This document shows positions 49,100 through 63,600 of a DNA stretch of 64,000 bases, in pieces. This DNA comes from Hyphochytrium catenoides (taxonomy: Eukaryota > Protista > Hyphochytriomycota). How positions within the stretch are numbered: position 1 is the stretch's first letter; each line of letters begins with the position of its first letter. The DNA lies in the NCBI GenBank assembly GCA_900088475.1, contig FLMG01002090.1, forward strand, positions 1-64,000, given 5' to 3'. Below the pieces are notes generated by a model, which was not told the origin of the DNA, searched no databases, and was given only the letters and a program-made list of their open reading frames with translations. The position numbers were made by a program, and so were the translations under genes.

Positions 49100-50958
49100 C
49101 TATCCTAACTGCTGCGGAGAATGTAGACAACCTCTCAGTGTAAGGAAGAGAGCTTGGGCTGTCAAATAGAGCTTTAGCCTTTCTGGTTACTAGATTTACC
49201 CCTCGTCTCACGGAATCTATCCGCGTCGCTAGCATGTTACGTTTACCTTATAGAGAGGTAGTATAATAGATTTATTCTAGGAATGCAGCCGCAGCTTGGA
49301 CGTCTCATACGGTCTCAAATTGTCAAGCTCATCAACACATCTCATTGAGTATATGGAGGCGTCAGGGTGTGGAGAAGACGAGCAAACTGATAAATGAAGG
49401 AGCTGCTTCATCTTCAGAGGGCCTACGCTGTCCCGTCCTCCACCTTCCAGGCAGTAAAGGGAGTGTTCCAGAGCAGGATGATGGAAGGAGCCACCATGCA
49501 GCTTATGTCTTCCTTCCCGAGTCCTAGAGGGCTGGGCGAGAGCCTGCCTCATCTAGGATAAGATGCTCCGAGTCCGCGCCCATCCTCGTCGTCTGGGGGA
49601 TTCTTTCGTATCGTTTATCATGTAGCTTTGCACAGGAGGTGACAATGCAAGGAGGTAGCCTGAGGTCACTTGATCATGAGACCTTCCATAGAGAGATAAA
49701 TAGCTGACAAGGGGCAAGGGGTTCCTCAAGCTACTAGCACCTGGGTGCAAGACAGGGTAAGGCTTTCTTGTGGTTCATTCACAGAAAAGAGAAAGCCCTA
49801 CCCCTTACAGCATCATCGTCTTTCTTTTCGTCGCCGCCTATGATTTCCTTGCTTGTAGCTAAGTAAATGCAGATCGCTTGTTCGACGCGACATAACGTAC
49901 CACCAGCAGTAGTACAACGAAGAAGCAACACTCCTGGTAACGTCCAGAATGGTTCGCGTGCCGCCGAGGAAAGCCGACAAGATAATAGCTAAAACCATTG
50001 GACTGTCGTTAAACTTTAAGAGCAGCTGAGATGCTACTGCCAGCAAGGAACGACGTATCTGTCTGGAGATCTCACATCTGGTAACAACATCACGTGTTCG
50101 TGCCTGTAACTAAGGCTAGAAGAAAGAGGGTAGCTCCTTGGTGGTGGGTGATTGCAAAGAGCAGACCAATGCCATGAGAGTCCAAGCAAGTAGCAAAAGT
50201 GCAAATCACTGGCAGCTGTAGCAAATGGCGCCGTCGGCACAGGCACACTCCTTGTGATCTACCTCCTCTCTACGGTCGTGTAGCCACCCAGCTTCGTTAA
50301 CACCTAGCTCAGTAGCATAACTCCTCTTAGCCAGGCAATCGTTGACATACCATTACTTACCACCTCCAAACTGCCATTAAGCCGCCACTCGCGTCACTAG
50401 TGCTTGTCGATATGCTCTCAGCTAGTAGTGGCCTTCTCACAACCTACCATCGGCCGCTGGTCCTAGCAAAAAGAGAAACTCATAGAAACATTAAAATCGT
50501 CCTCGTTCAAACTGTTTCTTGGTGTCTTGTCTGCTTGGACGCACCAGCCTATTTTGAGGGCCATGTCCTAGACCCGGTCCTAGACCCGTCGCCTTTGCTT
50601 GTGGAGTCAAGTGGAAAGAAACTTAGCTAGAAGTAGAAGGCCACCACACACGCACTGGCGGCAGGGGCAGAAGAAGGAGAGATAAAGCCCACCGCAACGA
50701 AAGCGTCAGCGTAACAAGCCAGTCCATGACGTGAAAGGCCTTCCTTTTAGAAGTGAATGATGATGGCTCAAGACGGTGGATGACAGACATACCAAGCACG
50801 TAGTTGCAGACTAAGGGTGGATATTGTGAGTACATGTAGTTAGTGTTTGAAAGGTAGTAGCCCTCCTGGATAACACTTAAGCACTTTAGATGTGTGGGCA
50901 GTGCGACGCTCCTGCTGCTTTCAGCTCCTGTCCCTCTTCTTTCAGTCTATGGTTCCTT

Positions 50959-52608
50959 TCAGATAAGAGTTACATTCTCTGAAAGCTCTTCGTCCTCCTC
51001 TGCATCCGCTTTCGTTGGGGAAAGGAAGCTGACATCCACGGCAGGGATAGCAGCGGCAGGTCCGCCCTTGGGAGGAGGGTCGATCACGATACCCGAGAGC
51101 TTTTCACAGAGCCTCTTGAAGATCTGCTGGAACTGAAGCAAACTTCCACTTCTCCGAGAGACAGAAACAATGCGAAGGTTTTCCTACAAAGAAGGAGAGA
51201 AAAGAGAGGGAAACAGACACAGAGAAAGGGGAATTGTTCAACATCAAAGACACTGAGGGGAGGATAAGCAGACGGAGTTAAGAGAGAGAGAGAGCCATAT
51301 CCCTCTCTTCTCCATCTCCTATAAGACTGCCTTTACCTCCTTGGATTCATAAATATTCGCAACCACTTCAGCTTGAGCTCCTGACTCCTGCACTAAGGCC
51401 TTGATTTTATAATTCTCAGGGTTAACCTTCAGGTTCTGTGCTCCCATGGAGCGAAGACATTCCTCCACGATGCCCAACAGAGATGGAGCGGGAAGGGCGG
51501 AGAAAAAGTGTGTGTATCGGGCCACATGCTCTGTCTGATGCGGCTCATACTGTATGGGCTTTGGTGTCTCTGCTCCGTAGTCGTAGCTTACGGATCGGAC
51601 AAGGTTTGAGGAGAAGGGATCAAACTCGTCGCCTGCTCCTCCACCCCCTGACTGGCGGCCTGCAGCCTTCTGCTCCTTCTCTAACCTCTTCTTCTCCTCC
51701 ACTTGCGCCTTCCTATTCTGTAAATCTTGGACTATGAGGGGCATTGGCGTGCTTCCTGCTTGGTACCAAGGATCGGCCTCAATGTCCGCAATGGTGGCTC
51801 TCCTTTTCGGATCGATGACAAAAATCTTGCTGAGTAACTGCATGGCACCAAGTGAGAACTTTGCATTGCGTCTATGGGCTTCCCAGAAGCGCTGATACCG
51901 CCCGTGGAGGAGCTGACCGAACCACCAGTCGGAAGGATCAGCCGTGTTGAAAGGGGGGAATGCAGCCAACATCACGAAGAGAACACAGCCAGCAGACCAA
52001 ATGTCGGCCGCTGCAGCGTTGTATGGCTTTCTTTGTATCACTTCTGGGGCCATATAACATTGTGTGCCGCACGCTGTGAAGCTGAGAGACATAGCACCCT
52101 CCTCCTCTTCATGAATTGCAGCAAGACCAAAATCTGCGATCTTTAGACTGAAGTCTTGGGCTAATAGAAGATTCTCTGGCTTGATGTCTCTATGATGCAC
52201 TCCTGCTGCATGGCAGGCCTTTAGCCCTTGGATTAGCATCTGGAAGTAGGCTCTAGCGATGTGCTCTGGGAAGCTTCCCGTGTACATCATAAAATCAAAG
52301 AGCTCTCCGCCGCTGGCTAACTCGACCACCAGGCAGAAGATGTCCTTCGTAGTGCCATTCTTCTTAGGGTAGTGCGCACCAAGGATGAAATCGATCATCG
52401 GCAGAACAAAGGGATGAGATACTCTCTTCATGGCAGTGATCTCTCGCTGCAGGTTGCTCATTTGCCGCTGTGTGATGCCTGACTTGTTCATGATCTTCAA
52501 TGCTACATAGTCGCCTGTCACTCGGTGCCGTCCTAACTTGACTTTGCCCGAGATGCCCTTCCCTAATGTGTGAAGCACTTCATATTCTCCTATGTATCGC
52601 CCCGTCAT
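50959..52608 (-). CDS. CAMK-group (CAMKL/SNF1/MARK-like) Ser/Thr kinase with KA1-like C-terminal domain; exons 52608-51337 and 51183-50959
   Basis: LGKGISGKVK, VALK, HRDIKPEN, DFG, CGTQCYMAPE, DIWSAG. The spliced C-terminus reads YESKE|ENLRIVSVSRRSGSLLQFQQIFKRL. Confidence 0.92.
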
Positions 52609-54564
52609 CTTGCACCAACTCTGATACAAAAGTCGTTGATGGTGCTATTTTGATGGACCTGTGCAGTGGCTGGACAATGTGAAAGTGAGCTGCAGTCACA
52701 TAGACGAGTCAGAAGTGGAGAACACGGGATGATGCGATCAGTCACCGGGCTGAGCAGAGAGAAGACAGGAGAGAGATGTCAGATGTGCTGACCTGGTGTC
52801 TGTTATAGACTTCTGTCTTGCCCTGGGAAAGAGAAACTGAGCTTGAACTCCACACCCGCGAGAGTGTCCTGCTGCTCGTCTCCCGCGCTCTTCATCAACA
52901 ACCTGTCTGAGCTGCTCCTGCTCCTGCTCCTGCTTCTGCTCCTGCTGCTACTGCTGCTGCTGCGCTTGTTCATCAGAAAAATTCTGGCGCGACTTTGTCC
53001 GTGGTCTTGGTCATCCTGCTGCTCTCTCTGACATTCTGTCACTTCTTCTCTCGTCTCCTCTGGCTCGTGGGACGCTCTTGTCGCGCTCTCAAATTAGTGG
53101 ACTCTTTCTCTTACGGAATATTGTGTTTTAGAGTATTTAGATATATTTCTTGCACGTCTATCTCTATCTCGTGACCATACTTGAGGGTAGCTCTCGCTTT
53201 ATCTGTCTCACTCTGTCTTGTCTCCAGCTCTACTGGTTTTCCGTACGACTATGAGGAGTTCTACTCCCTGCCCCGCATCCTATTCCTACTCCGCATAGCC
53301 TGACGACCATTGTGGAAAATAGCCTCTTTCTCCAAATAATATTCCGCCTATTGTGGAGGCTGTGTTGAGGGTTGACCATCCCTCTGACATTCACTCTGCG
53401 TGCAATCCCCTTAAAACATGTCAGAATAATATATCAACAACATGCACTCTGCCACATTCTTTGACGGAGAGCAGAATAATATTTGGAACACAGGACCATT
53501 AGGATTCACTATAACTTTAAATATGGAGATATATATCCTGAATGAAGATCTGCATTGTTCAGGTTTGTGCACAGCAGCCAGACGGCGACCTGCTGCTGGT
53601 GCGGCCTGTGTACCGCCGCAGGAGTGATGGTCGATAGATTGATAGATAGATAATAATAGCTTGGCTGTCTGTCTGGTCAGATAAAGCAGGGAGGGCTGGC
53701 GGCGGAGGACAGGATGATGAGGGTGATGGACACGGTAAAGGTGCCTATGATGCGTGGCCCAAGTGACAGAGCAGCTCTTCAGAAGCATGAAGAAGGTGAT
53801 TGGAGAACAGCTCTTTAGCGAAGTCCAAGAAGAGGAAGAAACGTAGTAGTAGACGAAAGCATTCATCAATTATTATGGCGGCGGGGAAGAAGGAGCAGCT
53901 CACATCACGAAAGAGCAAGAGTGAGGAAGCAAGATCATCAAAGAAGAGGAGAGTTGTTTCTTCTAAGAGGAGGAGGGAGGAGGGCCACTTGGCTGCTTGC
54001 ATGACTTGATAATAATAGTAATAACCGTCCATAGTTAGATATATAAGGGCAACTTATCCTCTGCAACCGCTGTCTTCCTTCTTCTAGTAGTAGCATGCCT
54101 TTGTGGAGGCAAGCGAACCGTTCTGGAGCCACATAGAAGAGCGGAAGATATGAGAGAAACGATGTGTGGCAGCAGCAGCGTTGGTGGCGAACGCCATGAT
54201 CCCTTCTATCTAAGAAGAGGAAGGACATTATTGTAGCCAGACCAACATCATACACAGCTCAATGACTAGTAGGAAGGATCATAATAGTAGATGACGACGA
54301 CCGAAGCGAACAATCCACCTACTCATTTCATCGGATTAGCTATAAGCAACAGAGTATAGCATCATCGTACTTTTTTCTAAAGTGCCCACTGGTATTCTCC
54401 AAGTGCGGAGGGCACAATCAATGTTGAGCTCGCTTATGATAGGCAGGGGCATGTCTCTAGGCGACAGTCACCGAAATATTTTGCTTTTCGCAACTACGTC
54501 GCGTCACGTTACGACTCTGTAAGGAAGACACTAGAGTAGAAGGTAGTATAGCTCATAGTTAAAG

Positions 54565-54592
54565 TTAGGGTTAGGGTTAGGGTTAGGGTTAG
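54565..54592 (+). repeat. Interstitial telomere-like repeat (TTAGGG)4TTAG
   Basis: gttagggttagggttagggttagggttagc. Confidence 0.9.
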
Positions 54593-56877
54593 CTAAACGT
54601 ACTGCCGGCGGCGGGCTGTGATATTTATGGAGGTGATGATGAGTAACGGCGGAACGCTCTTGCCCACAACCTTTGTTTAGCCGAGAGCATATTTACTCAA
54701 TGATCAGCTGGAGGAGGGATCAACAAGCAGTGGTCCTGCTGTGTTGATTGCCGACCATCTCTTGTTGCAGTGTGGACACCTTGTAACCACGGATCCAAAA
54801 ATGTAGCCGTGAAGTGCAGTTATTAGCGGAGCCACTTCTTCTATCCTCCTCCTCGGTAATGATGTAAGCGTCACCCGACCAAAAGCATCATCCACCTTCA
54901 CTTCGGGTCAGTCACAGCTTGGGGTTCTCTCTCTCCATCCTTATGTGTGGATGGCTCCCAGTACACTATCCAGAAGACAACAAAAGGGTTAGATTGACAG
55001 GCGAGCTTACCTAGGCGTTCCAGTAGTAGCATAGCAAAAAAAAATGGAAAGTTCAATGAGAGCATCAACATTGTAGAAGGGGAATCAGAGTCTCCGTCCT
55101 GTCAGCTGCTGAACGCAGACCTCTGCTGTACGTGCTTTGCTTTGGGTTGCTCAGCAGAAAGGACGGCTCACAAGGACGATCCATATAATATTGGAGTTGT
55201 TATTTCTCGACAACTTTGTTGGTGATGCAGCTTCATCATCTTCTGATAATTAAGTCTATCAAGAACTTTCCTCCGAAGCAGCATGAGGCAGATGGGCTTA
55301 TACTACCTGGCGGCGGTGTAGTTCATAGGGAAGGTTCTCTCTTCGAATAGATATATCTTGGGCCAAGCGGTTTTTTGTTGATAAGGTCCCCACGTTTTCT
55401 TAGTAGCAACACAAGTCACCACAGTGCCATTTAACGCTGTACACACAAGTGTTCAGTGGATCACATCCTACTGCGCAACTCATGTAGGTTGTCAATGATG
55501 TGATTGGTGGCGGTAAGCCGGCATCCAGGAACTCGTTTTTTGGACTGGAAGCAACGTTGCATTGCCTGAAGTATTGCGAACTTTGACGGTATGAACACCT
55601 GTTTTTGATCGCGTCCACAAGCCTTCCCTCCAGATTATAGTCTGGCAGCAGCGGGCTGGCTCATTGCCTGTTTATTACATTACCTGTGTGATGGAAGGGA
55701 GGAAGACTAAGGCTGTTTCTGCGGCATATCCTACTGAGGACAGCCCATTGACTAGCTTCTTCTGAGGCTTGCCCTCCTGCTCGAATCCTCGTTGCTTAGG
55801 TTTGCTTAGGTCGCCCCCATTGAGACCTTGCGGAATGTTTTTTTGGGCAGCTAGTGAGAAGATGAGGACGCGGTGGGTTTTGGATAACAAGCTCCTTATG
55901 ATCCATCTTCTGGGGCAAAAGACCCACAGACGACTGGGAGTGTTTATGAAGCCATTGAGGGGCAAGAGTAATTCTTGACGGTTGCAAAGAAGTGGTAAAG
56001 GAGTCGATGTGTCTGCGACGGAGGGTCGTCAGAGGAAGAGGAAAAAAGTCAGCTGTCACATCATCCACCAGTCTTCTAGCACTTCTTAGAAGAAGAGGAG
56101 GCTAGGTCATCTGCTATCGCGTAACTCGGCAGTGGCAACAAAAAATCCCTGCAGAAAGAGAACCTAGTCAAGGATAGCAGAGGAGTTAAACGAAGCCTGG
56201 ACTTTCTTATTAGGAGTTGTTGGTCTAAACTATAAAACTTCAAGGGTAACGATGATAATGATGTTTGAAAGGAGTGGTTTGATCTCTAGTAGAAGGATGA
56301 TAATGAGGCGGGCTGTGTACTGATCTCTTCTTTTTATAAAATAGAACAACGTTGGAGTCCATCGAGCTTTCCTAGCGCTTCGAACCTGTCTGTGGTGGAG
56401 CGGCAGCTAGCTAGCGGTCTACGCTAAACAACCACGATGGCAGTGGTGGCTTGTGCCATCATCGATCATCAATTATCAAGATCGCGTGCGATCGTTGATG
56501 ATAAACTCCTCATAATAAACAATAAGCCCACAGTCCCTGTGTAGAGCAGAGCACAACTACCGTTTCATACATTGATAGAGTTGCAGAGTTCTGATTCTAG
56601 CTACAGTACGAATAATTCGTTCCTATTTGGTATTTGACTGCCGAATGAGGGTCCCTATCAGGCCTGTGGAAGAGGCACACATAAATCCTTGGTGTAACGG
56701 ACGTTATGAGTAAGGTGGCACGGAAAGCCAGATTGGGAATAAGAGTGTTTTTCTTGCGGTTCTTAACAATTTGACTATATTGGATTGCAGATACTGACCC
56801 GCTCCGCGCTCAGTGGATCTAACTTTCGCAGGTGTGACGAGGAAGGGGAGAGAAAGAGGACGAGCAAGAAGAGGAAA

Positions 56878-56913
<36 letters not shown>

Positions 56914-57650
56914 CAATAAGAGAGAAGAGAAGAGAGCAGGAACAGACAAGAAAGAAGGGAATAGAGCACGGAGCCTCCTAGCTGAGAAGCAGGAGGAACC
57001 AGGAAGAGAAGGGAGGACAGTTAGAAGGGTGTGAGGCACTGCACAGACACTGTGGGAGGCTCAGGATCATCTTCGATCAAGGTGGCAGAACGAAGACAGA
57101 GGGAAGAATGGGAAAAGATAACGGTGGGCACCGAGAAGCCATGAGGTAAGAGAGTCAGCCGCGAAAACCCGTTGCTTCTCTCTCTAGGCTCTCAGGCTTC
57201 CGTCGCCCTCCTTTACCAAGATTATATACCGGGCCATCACCTACCGTGATTGATTCTACTGCTGCAATGGCTGGGAAAGGAGAGCTGTAAGAAGTATGAG
57301 GACACCCATAGATGGCGAGATCCTGCATCTTGCTCATTGCTGGGCGACAACTAGGACCTAAGAACCTGGGATGATCCTGCTACCATCATAGCGGAACGCT
57401 CCTCTCACACGCTAGTCGTCTTTGTTACTTGGAGCTGAACTAGCAGCCCTTCAGCAAGGCTTCCCCCATGTTTCCATCTAGCAATCAATCGTCCTGTCAT
57501 TCCCTCCTCATGACCAGAAGAGCCACGGCCCTTGCGTTATCAACCGCATCATCTATAACGTATCTTGCCGTTATTATGATCGTCGCTTCCTTCTCCGGAA
57601 CTATTTTTTAGACGATCTTCTGCGCCCAAGCGGCAGGGTCAAAGAGCAAT

Positions 57651-60600
57651 ATGGGCAGGGAGCGAAGAAGCTCTGGTCCTTTCCTTTCCTTCTTTACCTT
57701 TTTGATGCTCCTTGTTATAAGTGCGCGTGCCGCCTCTTCCCCTTCACCCTCAGCCCCTTTACCTATTGCCGATGAATGTGATTGTAAAGATCGCACTGCC
57801 ATCACGATTCACCTCTTCCTGCCCATCGACCCATTCGCGCCCTCTCAGGATGCTCTCTATGCCTTGCGGACTGGCTTCTTAGAGGCCACAAAACGCTCCA
57901 AAGTGCGCTCACAGCTGCACTATCCGTCCGCCACTGACTTTGTCGATCTCTATTTTAGCAACCAGACGATAGCAATGACGGGACTTCTCCATACCTTTCT
58001 ACAAGGCCAAGAGGGAAGAGAAGATGAAGGAAAAACAGATTCTCTCTTGGTCTACTATATCGCAGGCGTTGATGATAGGGTAGCAGCTCTGAGAGAGAGA
58101 GGTTATCGCGTCTTTACCTTGGGTGGCGTGCCCTCGGACATGTCTCATTCGAGGGCCCTACACATCGGAATGGACGACTATGAAGCTGGTCGACTGTTGG
58201 GAGAGTCATTTGTTCATAAGAAGTGCTCCTCGAAGACCATTTGTTTTCAAGACTCTACTCATTCCGCGTCCCGTATGCGCTGTCAAGGCTTTATGGATGC
58301 TATTGCCGCTTCGGGGCCAGAGGAGAGCCCAAAAGTCGTCGTCCTGGATGGACTCTCTGTAGATGAGATGAAGAGGAAGCTGGAAGCTGGCCTCCCCGGT
58401 GCATCTGGAGTTTTCATCCAGAGTCTTCAATCCCTGAACCTCCAGAGCTGGACAGAGGTTCTCAGAGCTTTTCGGGGGCAAGGGAGTACCCTGTTCTCTC
58501 CTTCCTCCTCCCCCTCCTCTTCGTTATCTACGCCTCCAAAATCTTCTTCCTGCGTGGGCAGTGTTGGCCATACAAGGAATGGGGAACTTTTGTTACGGGA
58601 GGGGCTCTTGGACGTCCTCTATACAGACCAGCCGTACCTTCAGGGGTTCCTCTCTCTCTTTCTTATGACGTATTATCACACCACTGGCATGAAGCCACGG
58701 AATATCAATAGTACACTGCACGCCGGACCTCGTCCCTCGTATCCTGGAACAGAGGCGGAAAGTGATGAGAAGGGCAGCGGTCAGAGACAGGGAAAGGGCG
58801 GAGAGATGGCAGGCAAGTGGACCAAGGAGAGCGTACGTTATCGTTTCTTGACTCATGGCAACGGTGCAGATTCTTTCTGGGCCAGTTATAAGAATGCTAC
58901 ACTCACCGCCGTGGAGGATATCGGTCTCCCTTTCACAGACTGCACATCCCTCTCCCTCTCTCCATCCAGTTTATCTTCTTCTCTCTCATCTTCCACGTTT
59001 CCTTCTCTCTCGAACAATGGTGCTTCTTGTACCTCGGCCTCTACGGACTCGTTTCGGTATATCTACGGCGTAGGACACAATGCTGAGCTGGAGCTGATGG
59101 GTCCCCATCTCCAGCGCTTTATAGAAGAAAATGCATCTGCTGTCATACTGTCTATCCCCTCTTTCACAGCACTAAATGCTTCCCTTCAGGCTCTTTCCCG
59201 CTCAGGAATTCCATTCTTCACAGTCAATGCTGGAGACAAGCTAGAGTCCGCGATGGGCATCAAGCCCATACATTATATAGGCCAGGTCGAAACCTATGCG
59301 GGCTTACAGGCAGGCAGGATGATGAAGAATATAACGAAAGGAGATGCTCTTTGCCTCCTTTTTCCTGACCAAGTGAATCAGCAGGAGCGCTGTGATGGCT
59401 TCGAACGGGGCCTAGGAAGGACAGTCCATAGATTATCTTCGAGTTATGACGGGAACATTGTTCAGCAGAATCTTCTCTCCTTTCTTTCTTCTCAGTCCTC
59501 TCTCTCCTCTGACAACTCCTCGACGAATGTATCCGTAGAGTCAATATTGGCCACATCCGGCGCTGTGTCTCTCTCTGTCCTGCATTCCCTCTCGGTCTGG
59601 GGCACATTCTCCCAATACAAAGTGGGGACTTTCGACAACATGCCTAAATTGCGTAGCTCTCTTCAGGAGAAAGAGCTATTTTTCTCCATTGATCAGCAGC
59701 AGGGCCTGCAGGCGTACAGCTCTGTCATTCTGGCGCATTTGTATGCAATGACAGGGCAAAGGCTGGTTGACGATTCAATCTTCACAGGGCCGGCCTTCAT
59801 GCTGCAGTCGGACTCCATTCAGGAACTTGCCTGTCAGTATGAGAGGACATGCGCCTCTATAGGGCTTGCTGCTTCTCTCTCCTCTCCTCATACTTCTTCT
59901 GCCTCTCCGACGGTTGCCTCTTCCGCGTCAGTGCTCCCTTCGGCAACTGGGACGACATCTTGCAGGAAAGATTGGATTGGCGATGGCTGGTGCGATGAGG
60001 AGAATAATAAGAAAGAATGTCAGGTACGGACACAGAAAGAAAGGGAGGAGGGGTCCAGTTGCTACGGGTCCCGGTTTGGCAATGTCCTCTCCTATGGTAC
60101 TTACTTTTCTCTGCACTTACCTCCTCGGCATTCAGTGGGATGGCGGAGACTGCTGTGAGCACAGTTGTAAGAGTTCTAGCTTCCTTTGTGGCACTGACTA
60201 CTTCCAGACCCTTTACAACGCATACGACTGCAAGAAACCTCTATGCACGGCAGGACAAAGGCCAGCGGAGAGAGAAGGAGGAGGAGGAGAGATCTCGTGC
60301 GAGATATGCCCCAAATGTAAGATAATAGATGGAGAAAGATAGCTCTGCCCGGAGAATGCAAGCTCTATCGGTGGCATATCATAACAGCTAAAAGTGGAAG
60401 CTGACGGCGCCTTCCTCTCCTCAGATACGTTCGGCGTTGATGGCCGTAACTGCATTGTCTGTGTGAACAATGTGCTCTCGAGGAGGGTCCAATGTATGGG
60501 AGGAGAGACTCTTCGCCCGGCTGTGGGCTTCTGGATTGACAGGCAGAGCCTGAAGGAGGAGTTAGGTGACGGCCAATCCTCCAACAGCTCGGTAGGTTCC

Positions 60601-63600
60601 TTCATTACTGTTTGGCTTCCTCCTTCTCGCGCTAAACAAGCTATGGAAAGAGGAGTCTCTGAGCTAGCCCCTGTCCATCTTCCCACTTACCAGCAAAGAT
60701 GTCTAATAAATCTCTCCGCTCAGTGGCAGCCAGTCCCCTCGTTCAACGTCTAGATCCCTTTTCTCTCTAAAATGAGAGCGATTTTGCCGCAGCTTCTTAG
60801 CGCGCGGTCCATCTTGCCCGCTTCTTTGGCTTGCTAAGCATCTTCTTTCTCCTGATGTCTCCTGCTTCAGTTTCCTCCTTCTCAGGACTATTATGAGGAG
60901 ATTTTGAGCCGCCATGTCTACCAATGTCACCCCAACTGGTGCACGGGTAAGTGAGGAAGGCGATGCTCTAGAAGCTTTTCACTCTCCTCTCGGCGTATCT
61001 TGCCCAGCGCCGTCTGCCTACTACATCGCTTACAGCTATGACCTAGAAGATAGCGACCTCTTCCTATCATCTGTGCTCTGTGGTGTGTCATCACTGGCTG
61101 GAAGTCTTTGTTCTTGAGGTTACCTGCCATCTCTCTTGTTGCACTCTTCTTGGTCCTCTTGATTTTGACTCTTTTCGAACCTCCTTCCTTCTCTTCACTC
61201 CCTATCGTCGCTATTCTTCTTCAGGCCAGGCTTCCGACGCAGACGACCTCCTGCTTGGATACACTGCCAGCGGCTGCATCAAAGGGACGTTGGAAAGCTC
61301 TCCTCTTTGTATGGCTTGTGATGAGCTCCATGGGTATAGGAAGATGGGCGTGGAATGCCAAGAGCACGAAGGTGAGGGATGATAAGACGAGAACAAACAG
61401 TGAAGAGAAGGACAGCTCGTTCAGGGCGTGAGTTGAGGGAACCCAAGCGAGAGGGACTGAGAGGAGCTAACTAGGGCTTCTCGTCATGTTGCTTCGGAGG
61501 AGTGATGTGTAGAGATTCAGCTCTCTTCTTCAACGCCAGAAGTAGTGCGAACATTCTTCCAAGCTGTTAGAAAGTTGTTACATTCCCTCACCCTCAGTTG
61601 TTTCTTTTGCTTGGCTTGTACACTTCTTCTCTGAGTACTGACATTATCGATGTCTTCTCTTCTCTCCTCTTATGTGACCAGTTTGCTCTGATGTGGGTCG
61701 CCCTTACATCTTTGTGGCCTTTGTCGTTGGAGGCCTCTTTCTCTCTTTCTACGTCTTCACTTTCCAGCTACGGAAGGACCGCATCCGCGATAATGCCAAG
61801 GTCTCTATCCTTCTCTTCTTCTTGCAAGGTAAGCGCCCATTCTTCGGTTCATGAGGCTACTAAGGCGTCGTTAGATCGAAGAGAGCAATTTGCCAGTGAA
61901 TAATGGAAGAACGGCAAGACGTGGAGCAACAGAGAATGAGAGACAGGAAGTAGAGACGGAAAGAGAAGGTGTAGATAGTATAGGAGAAGTTAGACAGTGA
62001 GACGGCAATGAGAGTAGAATAATAGGAAAAACGCTGGACGGAGTTATGGCAGGGCGCTGGAGAACGAAGGTCGTTAGTCCTAAGTTCGACTCTCTCACTC
62101 ACTCTCTTCTTTTCTTCTGGGATCTTGGATGGTTTCTATCAGTCCAACTGAGCTTCAGCTCTGCGGTACCTTCTGCTTCCGAGGAAGGAGCGCTACGATT
62201 CCTTCGCCTCATAATGCTAGATTTGCCTCAGATCGTGATCAAGGATAAGGTACTTCTTCCAGTTTCGTCTTTCTCGTTGTCGGATTCTCTCTCTCTCTCT
62301 GTCTGTTTCCGTCTCTCTTTACTCTCTCCCTTTCTCTCTCTCTTTGTCTCTCCCCCTCTCTCTTTCTCTCTCTGCTCTCTCTGTCTCTTTCGCCTTCTCT
62401 CTCTTCCTCTCTCTCTCTTTCCTTCTCTCTCTTTCTCTCCCATTCATTCTCTCTCCTTCTCTCTCTGTCTCTCTCTCCTTCTCTCTCTGTCTCTCTCTCC
62501 TTCTCACTCTTTCCTTCCTTCTCTTTCTTTCTCTCCCATTCTTTCTCTTCTTTCTCTCCTGCTGCTCGCTACTTCGTGGTATCGCATGAAACTGCTTTCT
62601 CTCTCTGCTTTGGTAAGCCATCGTAGACGCTCGTCTCTTTCTGTCTATTGAATTGAAATAGTCGCGCTCTACCGACATCCAACATGAGGAAGAGATCCTC
62701 TTACTTCCCTAGAGTTCTTCTCACTTCCCTCTTTTTTATTTAGCTGAGCCCTATCAACTTCTCTCGCTCCCTCTTACTTTCCTCGTTAGGGTTGCAGCCC
62801 CTTTGGGTATGGCACGCTTGTGGTTCATCTGGGCCTGCGCTCTCTTTGCGTTCTGTATTTCCTTCTCGTCATCCTCTTCACCTGCGGACTGTACGCCGTG
62901 AAAGAAGGAAGAAAGGTACAACGCTGGCGGAGGACGCCACACAGTGAGCGGAAGAACACATTGATCGCACTGTAAGCGGACAATGACTCTTTCTTCTTGT
63001 CATTCCTTGCATCATTTCTTCATTCTCTCTCCTCTCTCTCTCGTCCCTCTTTCTTTCCGCGTTACTCTTTTTTCAAGCCATGGTCTCCGCCTCATGGTCT
63101 CCTTTACATTCTTCCTGCTATTATCTGTATACTCTGGCACTGTCCACATCGACTCTGTCTTCCCACAAAGAGATCCGCTGATGCCCTCTCTTGCAGCTTG
63201 CTATCAGTGCCTCTGGAGGGCAGAGTTAGAGACAAACTTCTCCTCAAGGTAAGCGCAACCACCAAGGCACAGACTCGCGGCAGATGGAGAACGGCAGACG
63301 AAGACATACCGACACACACAGAGAAAGAGAGAGACAAAGAGAAAGAGAGGGGAGGAAAAGAAAGGGAGAAGAAGAAGTGGAGGAATGGCAAGGAGATGTA
63401 AAAGCGAAAGATGACCACCACATTATCTGTCTCTCTTTCGCTGTCATCCGCCTCATCTCCTCCCCTAACCATTTTTTGCTTCTCATGTCCTTTCCTTCCT
63501 CTATGAGCCTTCTCCTACCTTCCGTTTCCCCTTACGATCAAGCTTTCCTCTCTTCTCCGTTTCCGGGTCTCTAATCACTCTTGTCCTCCGTGCTGACTCT

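Noticed and set aside
53328-54672. Weak inverted similarity (ttgtggaaaatagc vs ttgtgggcaagagc) suggesting terminal inverted repeats
   Set aside because: Only 11/14 identity and no target-site duplication; consistent with chance.
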